Source of the DNA: an archaeon
GTDB lineage: Archaea; Iainarchaeota; Iainarchaeia; Iainarchaeales; Iainarchaeaceae
Direction: 5' to 3'
Length of the DNA: 26,110 bases
Assembly: GCA_035289485.1 (NCBI GenBank)
Contig: DATDXA010000014.1
Location: 1 to 26,110 of the forward strand
Below are positions 25,578-26,110 of the stretch, in pieces (position 1 is the stretch's first letter; each line of letters begins with the position of its first letter). Made by a program: the position numbers and the translations under genes. The notes under the pieces were generated by a model. It had not been told where the DNA came from, made no database searches, and was given only the letters and a program-made list of their open reading frames with translations.

Positions 25578-26110
25578 ATGAATTTAATGCGGGACAAGGA
25601 CGCGGATTTGAAGGATTTGGAAGGAAAAATAATAGCCGTTCTGGGCTACGGCGCGCAGTGAGCTGCGCAGGCCATGTGCATGAAGGATTCTGGCCTAAAT
25701 GTGATTATCGGCCTTCGCAATGGAAGCGAGAGCGTCAAAAAGGCGAAAGATTATGGTTTTGAAGTTTTAGAAACTGCGGAAGCTGCAAAGCGCGCGGACA
25801 TAATTCACGTCCTTCTCCCAGATGAAAAGCAGGGTGAAGTGTATGAGAGCGAAATAAAGCCGCACCTAACAAAAGGCAAGACACTTTCATTTTCGCACGG
25901 GTTCAATATTTGTTTTGGCTTCATTAAGCCACCTGCAGATGTTGATGTGCTGATGGTTGCGCCAAAAGCCCCAGGAACCGAGGAGCTAAAGCAGTTCGTT
26001 GCCGGCTTTGGAGTTCCTGCGCTCATTGCAATAAAGCAGAACCATTCGGGAAACGCGAAAAAAACCGCGCTTGCAATGGCAAAGGCGTGCGGCTTTACGC
26101 GCGCGGGAGT
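25578..26110 (+). pseudogene. ilvC: Ketol-acid reductoisomerase with an in-frame TGA at codon 28 (pseudogene, sequencing error or readthrough); runs off the window
   Basis: Manual translation: [46 protein letters not shown]...ADIIHVLLPDE...FSHGFNI...VDVLMVAPKAPG...FGVPALIA. TGA is at 25659-25661. Confidence 0.9.

Noticed and set aside
25659..25661. Genome-wide TGA reassignment (code 25 or 4) or selenocysteine at the ilvC TGA
   Set aside because: TGA terminates many genes here at their expected C-termini (sod, ilvE, ilvB, mrp). The position corresponds to Gly rather than Cys, which argues against Sec.
25565..25762. 65-aa plus-strand ORF in the track
   Set aside because: Out-of-frame overlap with the real ilvC frame starting at 25578.
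1..26110. CRISPR array, IS element, integrase/provirus, rRNA or tRNA genes
   Set aside because: No regularly spaced repeats, transposase or integrase motifs, or recognisable stable-RNA signatures were seen on manual reading.

Overview
Archaeal chromosomal segment with TFB, an HMf-type histone, rpS8e, Cgi121, Hef, an archaeal cytidylate kinase, TATA boxes about 25 nt before leaderless starts, and GGTGA/GGAGG ribosome-binding sites. The compact layout and bacterial-like anabolic genes suggest a DPANN lineage such as Diapherotrites/Iainarchaeota or Micrarchaeota (inference, not verified). Gene order: transaldolase, superoxide dismutase, metallopeptidase, an endonuclease III lacking its Fe-S motif, two toxin-antitoxin pairs with palindromic operators, an Fe-S assembly cluster (DUF1858-IscA, Mrp, SemiSWEET, FNR-like reductase), scpB, hsp20, rnhB, tfb, rps8e, cgi121, hef, histone, KaiC/RAD55 ATPase, cmk, then a branched-chain amino acid/pantothenate block (panB, ilvE, leuA, ilvB, ilvN, ilvC). 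Main findings: (1) an unannotated leaderless 21-codon Leu/Val-rich leader peptide upstream of leuA-ilvB-ilvN, followed by mutually exclusive RNA helices, i.e. a candidate ribosome-sensing attenuator in an archaeon; (2) an in-frame TGA at the conserved Gly of ilvC and an ATAA in place of an ATGA stop/start overlap for ilvB; (3) eight scattered orphan proteins with basic, non-hydrophobic N-termini; (4) a structured GC-rich intergenic RNA candidate between hef and the histone gene. All assignments come from motif recognition and manual base-pairing; no searches were run.
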